Shown: piece by piece, positions 1-9,638 of the stretch
Layout of the letters: every line of letters begins with the position of its first letter
Position numbering within the stretch: the stretch's first letter is position 1
Assembly: GCA_031409275.1 (NCBI GenBank)
Contig: JANNXA010000010.1
Coordinates: forward strand, 128,001-192,000
Source: Planctomycetota bacterium
GTDB taxonomy: Bacteria > Planctomycetota > B15-G4 > SIAN01
Direction of reading: 5' to 3'
DNA length: 64,000 nt
Program-made: the position numbers and the translations under genes
The notes under the pieces: model-generated
Seen by the model: the letters and a program-made list of their open reading frames with translations, nothing else
Told to the model about the DNA's origin: nothing
The model's database searches: none

Positions 1-920
1 GGGTCGACCGTCTCGGTCGCCGTCCATTCGCCGTTCGCATCGAAGGCGAAGATGCCGAAGCTCAGGAACACCGGCGTCCCATCGATGTCGGTCGCCGCCA
101 GCAGCATCGGAGCATTGGCCCCGCCCTGGCGCACGAACGCGTTCACGTCGCTACCACCCACCGGGTCGTTCACGTCGATGCCGAAGTACATCGGCGAGAG
201 GTCCTCGGTGATGTCGAGGATCTGCTTGGTGCCGAAGGAACCGACGAGCGTCATCGCGCCGGTGGCCGGATCACCCTCGTAGAGGTCGGTGTCGCTCGAG
301 ACCCAGAGGCGGCCATCCGCGGTGTACGCGGCTCCGGTCGACTTGAAGCCGATCGCCAGGTTGATGTCGGTCCTGGTGCGCGACGGCAGCGCGATGTCGT
401 ACATCTTGGAGCCGGCGAAGTAGGTGAAGTGGTCGATCACGCCGGGCGGGAAGGCGAGGTCGCCGCCATCGCCTGCCGTATCGACACCGCTCATGCCGCC
501 GAGGTTGGTCAGCGCGCCGGTGGTCGAGTCGATCTGGTAGAGGACGTTCGAGTTGAGCGGCACGCCATAGAGCTTCGAGTCGGCGTCGAAGCCGACGCGA
601 TGGAACTGCACGTTCGGGCCGACATCGATGGTCGTCTCGCTGTCGGTCGTCGGATCCCACACCGAGATCTTGTTGGGCGTCACGTTGCTGAACAGCCAGA
701 TCTGGCCGGTGCGCGGATGACGGGCCGCTGCGACCTTGGTCTGGCGCATGTTCTTCGACACGAAGGTCGCCTGCCCGGTCTGCAGGTCGATCGACCAGAT
801 CTCGGGTGGGGCCACGTGGCGGATGCCGTAGATCGGCGCGAACGTCTGCGCCGAAGCGGACGGCGCGAGGAGCGCGGCCGCGGCCGCAACGGAGGCCGCA
901 AGGACAAGCGAGGTGCGCAT
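1..920 (-). CDS. Secreted beta-propeller-like protein (partial, runs off left edge)
   Basis: Not in the ORF track. Read manually from ATG at 920: MRTSLVLAASVAAAAALLAPSASAQTFAPIYG..., an Ala-rich signal peptide. Repeated 'LYQIDSTTGALTNLG' / 'LYEGDPATGAMTLVG' blade-like units; no stop before position 1. Confidence 0.7.
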   Translation of the reverse strand, partial: MRTSLVLAASVAAAAALLAPSASAQTFAPIYGIRHVAPPEIWSIDLQTGQATFVSKNMRQTKVAAARHPRTGQIWLFSNVTPNKISVWDPTTDSETTIDVGPNVQFHRVGFDADSKLYGVPLNSNVLYQIDSTTGALTNLGGMSGVDTAGDGGDLAFPPGVIDHFTYFAGSKMYDIALPSRTRTDINLAIGFKSTGAAYTADGRLWVSSDTDLYEGDPATGAMTLVGSFGTKQILDITEDLSPMYFGIDVNDPVGGSDVNAFVRQGGANAPMLLAATDIDGTPVFLSFGIFAFDANGEWTATETVD

Positions 921-1063
921 CGAGTGAAGCTCCGGCGAAGCTCGAGCCTCCGCGCGCGGACGATGCCGCGGTCGGCGCGAACGGCCGGGGACGCTAGCTC
1001 GCGACCGCCACGGCGGGAAGACGTGCACGTTGCATCGGCAACTTCTTCCGCACTCGAGCGCGT

Positions 1064-3067
1064 TCACTCCACCCGTGGCAGCCTCCCGCTGAAGCGCAGC
1101 ATCTGCGTCTCGAGGTCGCACGGGTAGGTGATGCGCGCGTCCACCACGCGACCGGCCGCGTCGCGCACCGCCACCAGCTCGGGCTGCACGAATCCGCTGT
1201 AGGAGGGCAGATCGAGCGCCCGGAAGCGCGCCACCACCTCATCACGCAGGCGCGGATCGAAGCGCCGCCCGTACTCGTCGACCAGCGCCTTGCCGGCCGC
1301 GTAGTCGCCCTCCGACTTGATCCGCTGCACCTCGGCCAGCAGCTGGCACGCGCCGCGATGCCACGCCGCGGGATCGACCACGCACCAGAACGTCTTGCCG
1401 TCGCGACGACGCTCGACGATGGCGTCCGTGTGACGCCGGATCCACTGCACCACCAGCTGGCGGTTGCGCATGTGGTCCTCTTCCAGCGTGTCGCCCTCCT
1501 TGACGCGGTTCAGCTGCGTCAACGCGTTGCGCGTGTAGGCCTCGTACTCCGCGAGCTGCGCGGCGCGCGGATCGTCGAGCAGTCCAAGCTCCTGCAGCTT
1601 CGCGTCACCGATGAAGCAGAGCGCCACGAGGTCGGCGCGCGCCTCTTCGAGCGCCGAGTAGCACTCCTTCAAGTGGACGGCCGGGTCGCCCTTCAGCGTC
1701 GCGGCACTGCGCCCCGACGCATGGCCGATCACCTCGTGCATGTTGGTGGTGAGGGCCGCGCACAGCGCCTTCCACCGCTTGCTGCGCGCCGCCTCGGCGT
1801 CGTCGAAGCAGAACTCCCGGCGTGATGATTCGGGCGCCGACTTCTCGTACGCCTCGACCACGTTCCCGAGGCTCACCGACTTGCTGCCGTACTGCTCGCG
1901 CAAGTCCTGCGGATTGGGCAGGTTGACGCCGATCGGCGTCATCGGCCCGCAATCGCCGACCTCGATCACCACCTCGATCGCCTTGGCGGAGATGCCCTTC
2001 ACCGACGGCTTGCGGTACTCCGGCGCGATCGGCATGCGATCCTCGAACCACTGCGCATGCGTCGCGAACTGCCGGATCTGCTCCATCCGCGCCGGATCGT
2101 CGATCGACACCATCGCCTGCCACGTCCCCTTCACGCCGCGCGGATCGACATAGACCTCGATGAAGCCGTTCACGGTGTCGACCGGCGAATCCTGGTCGGC
2201 GACCCAGGCCACGCAGTAGTCGCGGAAGTCCGCCTCCTCGCCGGTCTTGTACCAGCGCATCAGCGCACCGAGCGCGCGCGCCAGCTGCGGCGTCGCATAC
2301 GGGATCGCCGCCTCGAGGTGGCCGAGGATGCGCGTGATCGAATCGGCGTACATCCCGGGCGGCACGAGGTGGTCGAAGCCGGCGCGCCACACCTGCTCGA
2401 CGAGGCGGCCCGCTTCGTCCTTCGCCAGCCGGCTGTTCAGCGCGTAGCGCTCGGTGAATCCGTCGAGGTCGGCGAGACGCACCCCTTCGCCGTAGAGGTT
2501 GTTGGCCGATGCGGTCAGCAGGTCGTGACCGGCCGGCGGATCCTTGCAGGTGACCATCGGCTCGAAGCTGGCGTCGAACAGCAGAGGAGCGAAGCGCTCG
2601 AGCAGCGCCGCGGTCGATTCGCCGGCGCGGCGCGGCAGCGTCGCGCCGCGAGCGTCGGCACGCGCCACCAGCTTCGCGAACGCTTCCTTCGAGCCACCGA
2701 GCAGGAACTTGCGGCTCGTGATCTGGTGGAACGGCCCGCTCTGCAACCACAGCAGCCGCGCGTAGCGGCGCAGCTCGACGAGCGCGGGCCACTCGCTGGC
2801 GTCGACGCCGGCCGCGCGCGCGCCCGACTCCCAGTCGGCGCCGATCGCCCGCAACGCCACCAGCGTCTCCTCGACGAGGTCGCGCAGCGCCAGCCCGTGG
2901 CGGCAGCGCTGGTCGAGGTAGATCTCGCGACCGGCTCGCGCCGCTTCGCAGAGATGCCACACCAGCACGCGCTGCCCTTGCGGGAGCTTCTCGAAGCCAT
3001 CGGCGTAGAGCTGCACGACCGCGCCGTCATCGACCCGCTCGACCAGCCACTTCCGTTCGTCCGCCAT
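1064..3067 (-). CDS. Dipeptidyl peptidase III (peptidase family M49)
   Basis: Hexapeptide Zn motif HEVIGH (HExxGH) and downstream EEARAD motif; 'GVNLPN' segment. Confidence 0.9.
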   Translation of the reverse strand: MADERKWLVERVDDGAVVQLYADGFEKLPQGQRVLVWHLCEAARAGREIYLDQRCRHGLALRDLVEETLVALRAIGADWESGARAAGVDASEWPALVELRRYARLLWLQSGPFHQITSRKFLLGGSKEAFAKLVARADARGATLPRRAGESTAALLERFAPLLFDASFEPMVTCKDPPAGHDLLTASANNLYGEGVRLADLDGFTERYALNSRLAKDEAGRLVEQVWRAGFDHLVPPGMYADSITRILGHLEAAIPYATPQLARALGALMRWYKTGEEADFRDYCVAWVADQDSPVDTVNGFIEVYVDPRGVKGTWQAMVSIDDPARMEQIRQFATHAQWFEDRMPIAPEYRKPSVKGISAKAIEVVIEVGDCGPMTPIGVNLPNPQDLREQYGSKSVSLGNVVEAYEKSAPESSRREFCFDDAEAARSKRWKALCAALTTNMHEVIGHASGRSAATLKGDPAVHLKECYSALEEARADLVALCFIGDAKLQELGLLDDPRAAQLAEYEAYTRNALTQLNRVKEGDTLEEDHMRNRQLVVQWIRRHTDAIVERRRDGKTFWCVVDPAAWHRGACQLLAEVQRIKSEGDYAAGKALVDEYGRRFDPRLRDEVVARFRALDLPSYSGFVQPELVAVRDAAGRVVDARITYPCDLETQMLRFSGRLPRVE

Positions 3068-3129
3068 CGCCCCGCCCTCCCGATTGCGCGTCGTCGCGTC
3101 GTCGTTCCCCGCCGTTATCGTCCATCGCC

Positions 3130-3642
3130 ATGAAGCTGCTGACCTTCCAGGCTGCCCGCTTCGCGTGGAAGAGCAGCGTGATCGGCCTCCCCGAGGGCGC
3201 CGATCCGCCCGCCGATGATGCCGTGAGCGACGCCGTCGTCGTCTTCGCGCATGCGCAGCTCGCCGACGTCGAGCCGGCCGCTCGCGACCGCGCGCTGCGC
3301 CACGCGGTGAAGCACATCAAGTGGCTTGCCAACAACCGCGGGTTGCGGAGCGTGGTGCTCCACTCGTTCACCCATCTGGGCGGCGCGGCGGCTCCGCCGG
3401 AGTTCGCGCGCGCCTGGCTCACCGATCTCGCCGCCAAGCTGCGCGCCGGCAACTACACGGTGAAGCTCACGCCCTTCGGCTGGTCGTGCGCCTGGGAGTT
3501 GTCGGTCTTCGGCGAGAGCCTCGCCAAGGTCTGGAAGGAGATCGGCGGCGAGACGCCCGACGCCGCCCCACCCGACGCCGATTCGCCGCCAGGAGCGCTT
3601 CCGGAAGCGCCGCCAGGAGCGCCGCCTACAGCTCCAGCGTGA
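3130..3642 (+). CDS. Free-standing archaeal-type threonyl-tRNA synthetase editing domain (DTD-like fold) with Pro-rich tail
   Basis: About 140-aa domain with 'VVLHSFTHLG' and 'TPFGW...LSVFGESLAKVWKEI', paralleling the archaeal ThrRS N-terminal editing domain motifs (PFAHLS, APFGYYK...GHPLA). Confidence 0.75.
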   Translation: MKLLTFQAARFAWKSSVIGLPEGADPPADDAVSDAVVVFAHAQLADVEPAARDRALRHAVKHIKWLANNRGLRSVVLHSFTHLGGAAAPPEFARAWLTDLAAKLRAGNYTVKLTPFGWSCAWELSVFGESLAKVWKEIGGETPDAAPPDADSPPGALPEAPPGAPPTAPA

Positions 3643-4432
3643 GGCCGATGGTCGGCCCGTAGAGGTCGAGGAGGCCCGTGTTGGTGTCTTCGTTCAGCCA
3701 ATAGCGGAGCCACCGCCAGCCCAGCGACGCGTGGACGCGATCGATGAACTCGTAGTCGACGCTCGCGGCCGCGTCGACGAGGCGGCGTCCCTCATCCAGC
3801 GTCGCGAAGGCGCCATCGAAGCGCACGGCGAAGCCGCGGCCGAGCGCCGCCCACGACGTCGCCGTGACCGCCGGCAGCAGCCGCGAGAACTCGCGCGAGT
3901 CGGTCACCGCTGCGTCGAGATCGCTCAGTTCGAGGTCGAAATCCCACCAGTAGGCGCCGACTCCGAGGCGCACCTCGAACTCGCTCTCCTGGATCAACGC
4001 GCCATCGACGCGCGCCGACCAGGTCTTGAGGCCGAGGTCGCTCTCGACCCGGTTGCCGGCGGGGAAGGTGCGGCCGTGGAAGATGAGATCGCGATCGAGG
4101 GTCGTGTCGCCCTGGAAGCCGAACGGCAGGTACTGCAATCCAAGCCGCAGCCGTCCGTCGTCGAGTTCGAGCGCGAAGTTGCCGTAGGCGTCGTCGGCGA
4201 GGTCGAGGTCGTCCGCCACGTCGATGCGGCTGGCGCTGCCAGGCACGCCGCCTTGCGTGATCTCGAGGTTGCCGGCGACGGTCGTCGGGAAGAAGGTGGC
4301 GCGCGCCGTCGCGCTCGGCAATCCATCGGTCGACTCGCAGCCCGATGCCAGCAGCGAAGTCAGCAGCGCACTCGCCAGCGTCGCCATCCACGCCGCCGAC
4401 CCGCCGCATCCGTGCTTCGAACCGATGCTCAT
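3626..4432 (-). CDS. Putative outer-membrane beta-barrel protein with lipobox
   Basis: ATG 4432 with strong GGAGGAGG RBS; lipobox LASGC; alternating amphipathic strands and terminal 'YGPTIGLTLEL'. Confidence 0.6.
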   Translation of the reverse strand: MSIGSKHGCGGSAAWMATLASALLTSLLASGCESTDGLPSATARATFFPTTVAGNLEITQGGVPGSASRIDVADDLDLADDAYGNFALELDDGRLRLGLQYLPFGFQGDTTLDRDLIFHGRTFPAGNRVESDLGLKTWSARVDGALIQESEFEVRLGVGAYWWDFDLELSDLDAAVTDSREFSRLLPAVTATSWAALGRGFAVRFDGAFATLDEGRRLVDAAASVDYEFIDRVHASLGWRWLRYWLNEDTNTGLLDLYGPTIGLTLEL

Positions 4433-4454
4433 CGCTGCCTCCTCCCCGTCGTCG

Positions 4455-5669
4455 CTACTCGCGCACGCCATCGTAGAGGCGCGCGCGTGAAGTCGCCGCG
4501 CGCCATCGCAGCGCGTCCCCGTCGCAAAGCGAATCGAGCCGAGCGCGACCGGCCGCACCCTGCAGACCGCCGCCATCGATCGCCGCGCGCAGCGCCGCAC
4601 CGCCCGCGATGCAGTCGATCGGCATCTTCTCGCGCTCGTACTCGTACGGCGGCGCCTTCCACTGCAGCGCCTCCGGCCAGCGCCGCTTCACCGCCGCCAG
4701 CAGAGCGAGCGTCGTGCGATACGGTTGGAATGCCTGCTCGTCCGTGACGTGGAGGAAGAGGCCGCCGCACGAGAGGCCGCGATGCTTGTGGAAGGTCGGC
4801 TCGAAACGCAGCGGCCGCAACGCGACCCCCGGCAGCTCGAAGGCCGCGAGGTCGTCGCGCAGGGCCAGCGGATCGATCGCGGGCGCGCCCCACAGCTCGA
4901 ACGGCGTGGTCGTGCCGCGCCCTTCGGAGAGCGTGGTCCCCTCGAGCAGCACCTGCCCTGGATAGACGTCGACCCCCTCGACCCGCGGCAGGTTCGGCGA
5001 GGTCGGCACCCATGGCCGGCCGAGGTCGCGCCAGCGCATGGCGCGCGTCAGGCCGGCGCACCGCACCACCTCCACCTGCGCGCCGATCGCGAGTGCCTCG
5101 TTCACCCACAGCGCCAGCTCGCCCATCGTCAAGTCATGGCGCATCGGCATGGGCGCGCGACCGACGAAGCTCGCGAACTGCGGATCGAGCCACGCCCCTT
5201 CGACCGCTTCGCCGCCGAGCGGATTGGGTCGATCGAGCACGATCAGCGGAAGGCCCGCTTGCGCGCAGGCCTCGAGGCAATGGGAAACGGTCCAGACGAA
5301 GGTGTAGACGCGGCAGCCGACGTCCTGCAGGTCGACCACCAACGCGTCGAGCCCTGCCAGCCACTCGCGGCGCGGCCGGCGCGTCTCGCTGTAGAGGCTG
5401 AAGACCGGCGCGCCGGTGAGCGGATCGCGGCCATGACCGCTCTCCACCATGTTGTCCTGCTGCTCGGCGAACAGTCCGTGCTGCGGCGAGAAGAGCGCCG
5501 CGAGCTGGCCCGGGAAGCGCGCGTGCAGGAGTTCGTGCGCCAGTCGAAACTGCCCGTCGACCGAGGCCTGGTTCATCAGCAGCCCGAACCTGGCGCCACG
5601 CGACAGCAACGGCGGCGGCGCCGCGATCGCGACTTCGAGGCCAGGGCGGTAGCGGGGGTCGATCGCCAT
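4455..5669 (-). CDS. namZ: Exo-beta-N-acetylmuramidase NamZ family (DUF1343/YbbC), stand-alone
   Basis: Motifs PQHG, SLY, DLQDVGCRVYTF, LDRPNP, RHDLTMGELA, PTSPNLP, EGRGTTTPFE. Confidence 0.88.
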   Translation of the reverse strand: MAIDPRYRPGLEVAIAAPPPLLSRGARFGLLMNQASVDGQFRLAHELLHARFPGQLAALFSPQHGLFAEQQDNMVESGHGRDPLTGAPVFSLYSETRRPRREWLAGLDALVVDLQDVGCRVYTFVWTVSHCLEACAQAGLPLIVLDRPNPLGGEAVEGAWLDPQFASFVGRAPMPMRHDLTMGELALWVNEALAIGAQVEVVRCAGLTRAMRWRDLGRPWVPTSPNLPRVEGVDVYPGQVLLEGTTLSEGRGTTTPFELWGAPAIDPLALRDDLAAFELPGVALRPLRFEPTFHKHRGLSCGGLFLHVTDEQAFQPYRTTLALLAAVKRRWPEALQWKAPPYEYEREKMPIDCIAGGAALRAAIDGGGLQGAAGRARLDSLCDGDALRWRAATSRARLYDGVRE

Positions 5670-5688
5670 CGCGAGGACGATACGCGCG

Positions 5689-8600
5689 TCACTCGTACAA
5701 GAGGTACGGTCGCCGCCGCTCCTCGAACGCAGCGGCTTCGCGCGCCCACTCCTGCGCGATGAGGTCGGGCGCACGACCGGCGCGAAGCCCTTCGATCGTC
5801 GCGCGCGAGCAGAGCAGCAAGTCGAGCTCTTCGAGCTTCCAGGAATCGGCATGGCGAGCTTGCAGCGCGGCGGCGATCTCGAGCACCACGTGGAGCGGAT
5901 CGAGGGCGGCGCGATCGACGATCTGCAGGCGAACGCCGCGGCAGCGCGTGCCGGCGTGCTTCGACCCGCTCGGAGTGAAGGCGACTTCCATGAAGGTGAC
6001 GCCCGGAAGGCGCCGCTGCGTCAGCGCCGCGACGAGGGCGCGCGCGTCGAGCCACGGCGCACCGAACTGCTCGAAGGGGAGGTCGGTGCCGCGGCCAACC
6101 GAGAGGTCGGTCGACTCCAGCAGCACGAGCCCGGGATAGAGGAGCGCCGCGTCGAGCGTCCGCAGGTTCGGGGAGGGGTCGGTCCACGGAAGCAGCGTCG
6201 CATCGAAGAGCTGCGCACGCCGCCAGCCCGCCATCTCCACGACCTCGAGGTCGAGCGCGAGCCCCCGCTCCGCGGCCACCATTCGCGCGAGCTCGCCCAT
6301 CGTCATGCCATGGCGCAACGGGATCGGGTGGCAGCAGGTGAATGAATCGCGCCCCGAGTCAGGGAGCGGCCCGCCGACGCGACCGCCGATCGGATTGGGC
6401 CGGTCGAGCACGACGAAGCGAACCCCCGTCTGCGCCGCCGCCTCCATGCAACGAACGAGCGTCGAGGCGTAGGTGTAGGCGCGCGCGCCCGCGTCCTGCA
6501 CATCGAAGAGCAGCGTGTCGATCTCCGCGAGCTGCTCCGGCGTCGGCGCGAGCCGCTCGCCGTAGAGGCTCACCACCGGAATGGGCGCTCGCGTCGCGAC
6601 GCCGTCGGCGACCGGGCCATCGGCCACGCCGTCGAGCCCGTGTTCCGGCGTGAAGAGCAGCCGCGGCACGAACGACGGCCCGGCCTCGATCAGCACGTCG
6701 AGCGTCGTCTTGCCGTCGCGCGTGCGACCCGTCTGGTTGGTGATGAGGCCGAGTCGACGACCGACGAGTCGCCCGCCTCCGGTCGCCTCGATCAGGTCGA
6801 TGCCGCACTTCACCGCGAAGGGCTCGCCCGGCTCGTCCTGGCCGCGGTCGTTCTCGTCATCGTCACCGCTGACCTTGCGGTCGGCGCCGTCGACGTCGTC
6901 GGCGCTCGCGAGGCGCGGCCGCCCGACGGCCGCGGCCGCGATCGTCGCGACACGCCCGATCAGCGGATTCACGACGCCGCTGCCATCGGGATGGAGCCGG
7001 TGGCTCAGGAAGAGCACGAAGAGGTCTCGCTCCGGATCGATCCACAGCGCGGTGCCGGTGAAGCCACCGTGGCCGAACGCTCGAAAACTGAGCCCGTTGC
7101 CGCGATTGGAAGAGAAGCGCGAGCGCGCGTCGAACCCCGGCGTGCGCAGCGTCGCGTCGGCGGCGCGCTCGGCGGTCGTCCACAGCGCGATCGCTTGCGG
7201 CGACAGCACGCGCACGCCATCGAGCTCGCCACCGTTCAGCACCATGCGGGCGAAGCGGGCGAGGTCGAGCGCGGTCGCGAAGAGCCCCGCGTGGCCGGCG
7301 ACGCCGCCCAGCAGGTGCGCACGCGGATCGTGGACGCGACCCGTCGGCGTCGCGCCGTCGCCCTCGACCTGCTGCGGCGCCGCTCGCGCGACGAGACGCG
7401 GCGACGGCAGGTAACCGCTCTCCGTCATCGCCAGCGGCGCGAAGAGGCGCGCGTGCGCGAAGTCGGCCAGTCCCTTGCCGCTCGCCACTTCGACGACACG
7501 GCCGAGCAGTTCGTAGCCGACATCGCTGTAGACGAAGCGCGTGCCCGGCTCGCTCTGCGGTCGTTGCGCCAGGAGGCGCGTCCACGCGAGATCTGATCCA
7601 TCTTGATAGTCGGCGAGGTCGTTGTCCGGCACGAAGCCTGCCGTGTGCAGCAGGCAGTGGCGCAGCGTGACGCCGCTGGCCGCGGAGTCGGGGAGCCACT
7701 TCGTCAACGGATCGTCGAGCGCGAGGAGTCCGTCATCGACCAGCGCCATCACGCTGAACGCGGTGGCGATCGGCTTGGTGAGCGACGCCAGATCGAACAC
7801 GGTGTCGATCGTCATCGGCACGCGCACCGGTGAGATCGATCGATCACCCGCCGCCCTCAGGAAGTCGATCCCGTCGCTGCGACCGACGGCGACCACGGCG
7901 CCGGCGAGCTGGCGGTGCGCGATCCCGTCGGCCAGCGCTCGGTCGATCGGCGCGAGGCGATCGGTCGCCAACGGCGCGCGCGCTTCGAGCGGCGCCCGCG
8001 GCGAAGCGGCGGCCAGCGGCGTCCGGTTCAACAGCAGCACGAGGTCATGCGAGGCGCGACCCGAGGCGACCACGTCGAGCTGGCCGTCGCCGTCGAAGTC
8101 GGCCATCGCCAGGTCTTCGCAGGCGATCGCGCCATCGAGCGATGTCGCCTCGAAACGTCCCGGCTCACCCGCCACCGGAACGTAGAGACGGATGCCGGTC
8201 GCGCCATTCGCGTCGGGACGCCGCCAACCGGCCACGATCTGCTCGTCGCCGCGACCCAACCAATCGCCGCATGCCAACGCATGTCCTTCCGCCAGCGTCC
8301 CGTCGATGAGGTGGCGCGACCACGCACCGCCGTGGAGCTCCGGCTCGACGTAGGCGGCGAGTTCGTTGCCGTGGAACGGTTCGACGGCGGCGACGTAGCG
8401 CCGCCCGTTGCCCAATCGCCCGAGGCGCACTTCGCTTGCGCCGCGCGCCCTCGTCGCAGCGCCCGCGGTCGCCGCCGTCGTCGGCAACGGCGCGCCACCC
8501 CAATCGCCCTCGAACTCTCCGCCGCCGAGTCGCGCGAGCTTCCACACTCCTTCGCGATCGGCGAGCAGCAGCTCCTCGTCGCCATCACCGTCCCAGTCGA

Positions 8601-9183
8601 CGACTTCGAGTCCATGCGCGAAACGAAACGAGATGCGACCGGTCGCGGCTGGCCACTCGCCCGCCGGCCCCGCCGTCCACGGCACCGCGACATCGAGCAG
8701 TCGTGCGCCGGGTCCCTCGCCACCGCGGCTGCCGCGACCATGCAGCGGCAGCCCGAGCAGCGACCACTCCCCGGCGTGCGCACTCGGGTGATGGACGAAG
8801 CGCAGGCGATGGAGCGTCGGCGCGCTTTGCAGCGGGTGCGGGGTCCACGGTTGCGTGCGATCGACGCCGGCCTCGAGCCAGAAGAGGGCGCCGCTCGCCG
8901 TCGTATCGCCCGGATCCCACTCCGCCGCGACGGCGAGCTCCGCCTTGCCATCGCCATCGAGGTCGCGCGCCGCGAGCGCGACGTGGTCGCGCGCCGAGAG
9001 CTGCCCGCACACGACGAAGCGCTGCCAGTCGGGCGCGCGGTACCAGCGGACTTCGTGGGCGTCGACCAGCACGACGTCGGTACGCCCATCGCCGTCGACA
9101 TCCGCCGCGGCAACGCCGTAGCCGATCTCCACCTTGGCATCGAGCACGACCCGCTCGAGGGCGGGCGGCGGCAGTTCGAACAC
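5689..9183 (-). CDS. Three-domain fusion: FG-GAP/AUDH-like beta-propeller + beta-lactamase-family serine hydrolase + NamZ (DUF1343)
   Basis: N-terminal DxDGDG repeats and EPFHGN; middle SLTK, YSD, VHDP, GHAGLF, GHGGFTGT; C-terminal PEHG, DVQDAGARAYTY, DRPNP, RHGMTMGE, PSPNL. GTG start at 9183 follows GAGGAG. Confidence 0.85.
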   Translation of the reverse strand: MFELPPPALERVVLDAKVEIGYGVAAADVDGDGRTDVVLVDAHEVRWYRAPDWQRFVVCGQLSARDHVALAARDLDGDGKAELAVAAEWDPGDTTASGALFWLEAGVDRTQPWTPHPLQSAPTLHRLRFVHHPSAHAGEWSLLGLPLHGRGSRGGEGPGARLLDVAVPWTAGPAGEWPAATGRISFRFAHGLEVVDWDGDGDEELLLADREGVWKLARLGGGEFEGDWGGAPLPTTAATAGAATRARGASEVRLGRLGNGRRYVAAVEPFHGNELAAYVEPELHGGAWSRHLIDGTLAEGHALACGDWLGRGDEQIVAGWRRPDANGATGIRLYVPVAGEPGRFEATSLDGAIACEDLAMADFDGDGQLDVVASGRASHDLVLLLNRTPLAAASPRAPLEARAPLATDRLAPIDRALADGIAHRQLAGAVVAVGRSDGIDFLRAAGDRSISPVRVPMTIDTVFDLASLTKPIATAFSVMALVDDGLLALDDPLTKWLPDSAASGVTLRHCLLHTAGFVPDNDLADYQDGSDLAWTRLLAQRPQSEPGTRFVYSDVGYELLGRVVEVASGKGLADFAHARLFAPLAMTESGYLPSPRLVARAAPQQVEGDGATPTGRVHDPRAHLLGGVAGHAGLFATALDLARFARMVLNGGELDGVRVLSPQAIALWTTAERAADATLRTPGFDARSRFSSNRGNGLSFRAFGHGGFTGTALWIDPERDLFVLFLSHRLHPDGSGVVNPLIGRVATIAAAAVGRPRLASADDVDGADRKVSGDDDENDRGQDEPGEPFAVKCGIDLIEATGGGRLVGRRLGLITNQTGRTRDGKTTLDVLIEAGPSFVPRLLFTPEHGLDGVADGPVADGVATRAPIPVVSLYGERLAPTPEQLAEIDTLLFDVQDAGARAYTYASTLVRCMEAAAQTGVRFVVLDRPNPIGGRVGGPLPDSGRDSFTCCHPIPLRHGMTMGELARMVAAERGLALDLEVVEMAGWRRAQLFDATLLPWTDPSPNLRTLDAALLYPGLVLLESTDLSVGRGTDLPFEQFGAPWLDARALVAALTQRRLPGVTFMEVAFTPSGSKHAGTRCRGVRLQIVDRAALDPLHVVLEIAAALQARHADSWKLEELDLLLCSRATIEGLRAGRAPDLIAQEWAREAAAFEERRRPYLLYE

Positions 9184-9281
9184 GTTGGCTCTCCTCGCAT
9201 GCGCGCGGCACACCCTCGTTGCCGTTCACCGCGCGACGCGGGCAAACTACGCGCGCCCCCCACTCCTTGGAACGCTGTGAG

Positions 9282-9620
9282 ATGGCTCGACTCCCGCCGG
9301 ACGACGCATCGCGCACCATCGCCTGCCCCCATTGCGGCGAGGCGATCGCGCAGCGCGCGCCGGTGTGCCGCCATTGCGGCAGCGACCGCGCCACCGGCCT
9401 GCGCGAGGACGAAGACGACGGCGCCGACGTCGAGCTGCCCGAAGCGATGAGCGACTCCGAGTACGACGAGTTCGTCGCCAACGAAGCGCGCGGCCGGATG
9501 CGCGTGCTGCCAGGCGATGGCGTCTCCGATGCCGTGCTGCGGCGGCGCCGCCGCGTACTCTTCGCGATCGTATTGGCGCTGCTCTATCTGCTCGGTCGCT
9601 ACGGGCTCGCCCTGTTCTAG
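9282..9620 (+). CDS. Zinc-ribbon membrane protein
   Basis: CPHC...CRHC, acidic linker, poly-Arg followed by a C-terminal TM helix. Confidence 0.7.
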   Translation: MARLPPDDASRTIACPHCGEAIAQRAPVCRHCGSDRATGLREDEDDGADVELPEAMSDSEYDEFVANEARGRMRVLPGDGVSDAVLRRRRRVLFAIVLALLYLLGRYGLALF

Positions 9621-9638
9621 AGCGACCGGAGCCGACGA

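Noticed and set aside
3585..3626. Short direct repeats (CGCCGCCAGGAGCGC x2; also GCCACCTCGTTC x2 near 34807-34830)
   Set aside because: Two-copy in-frame duplications in low-complexity linkers; no evidence of an array.
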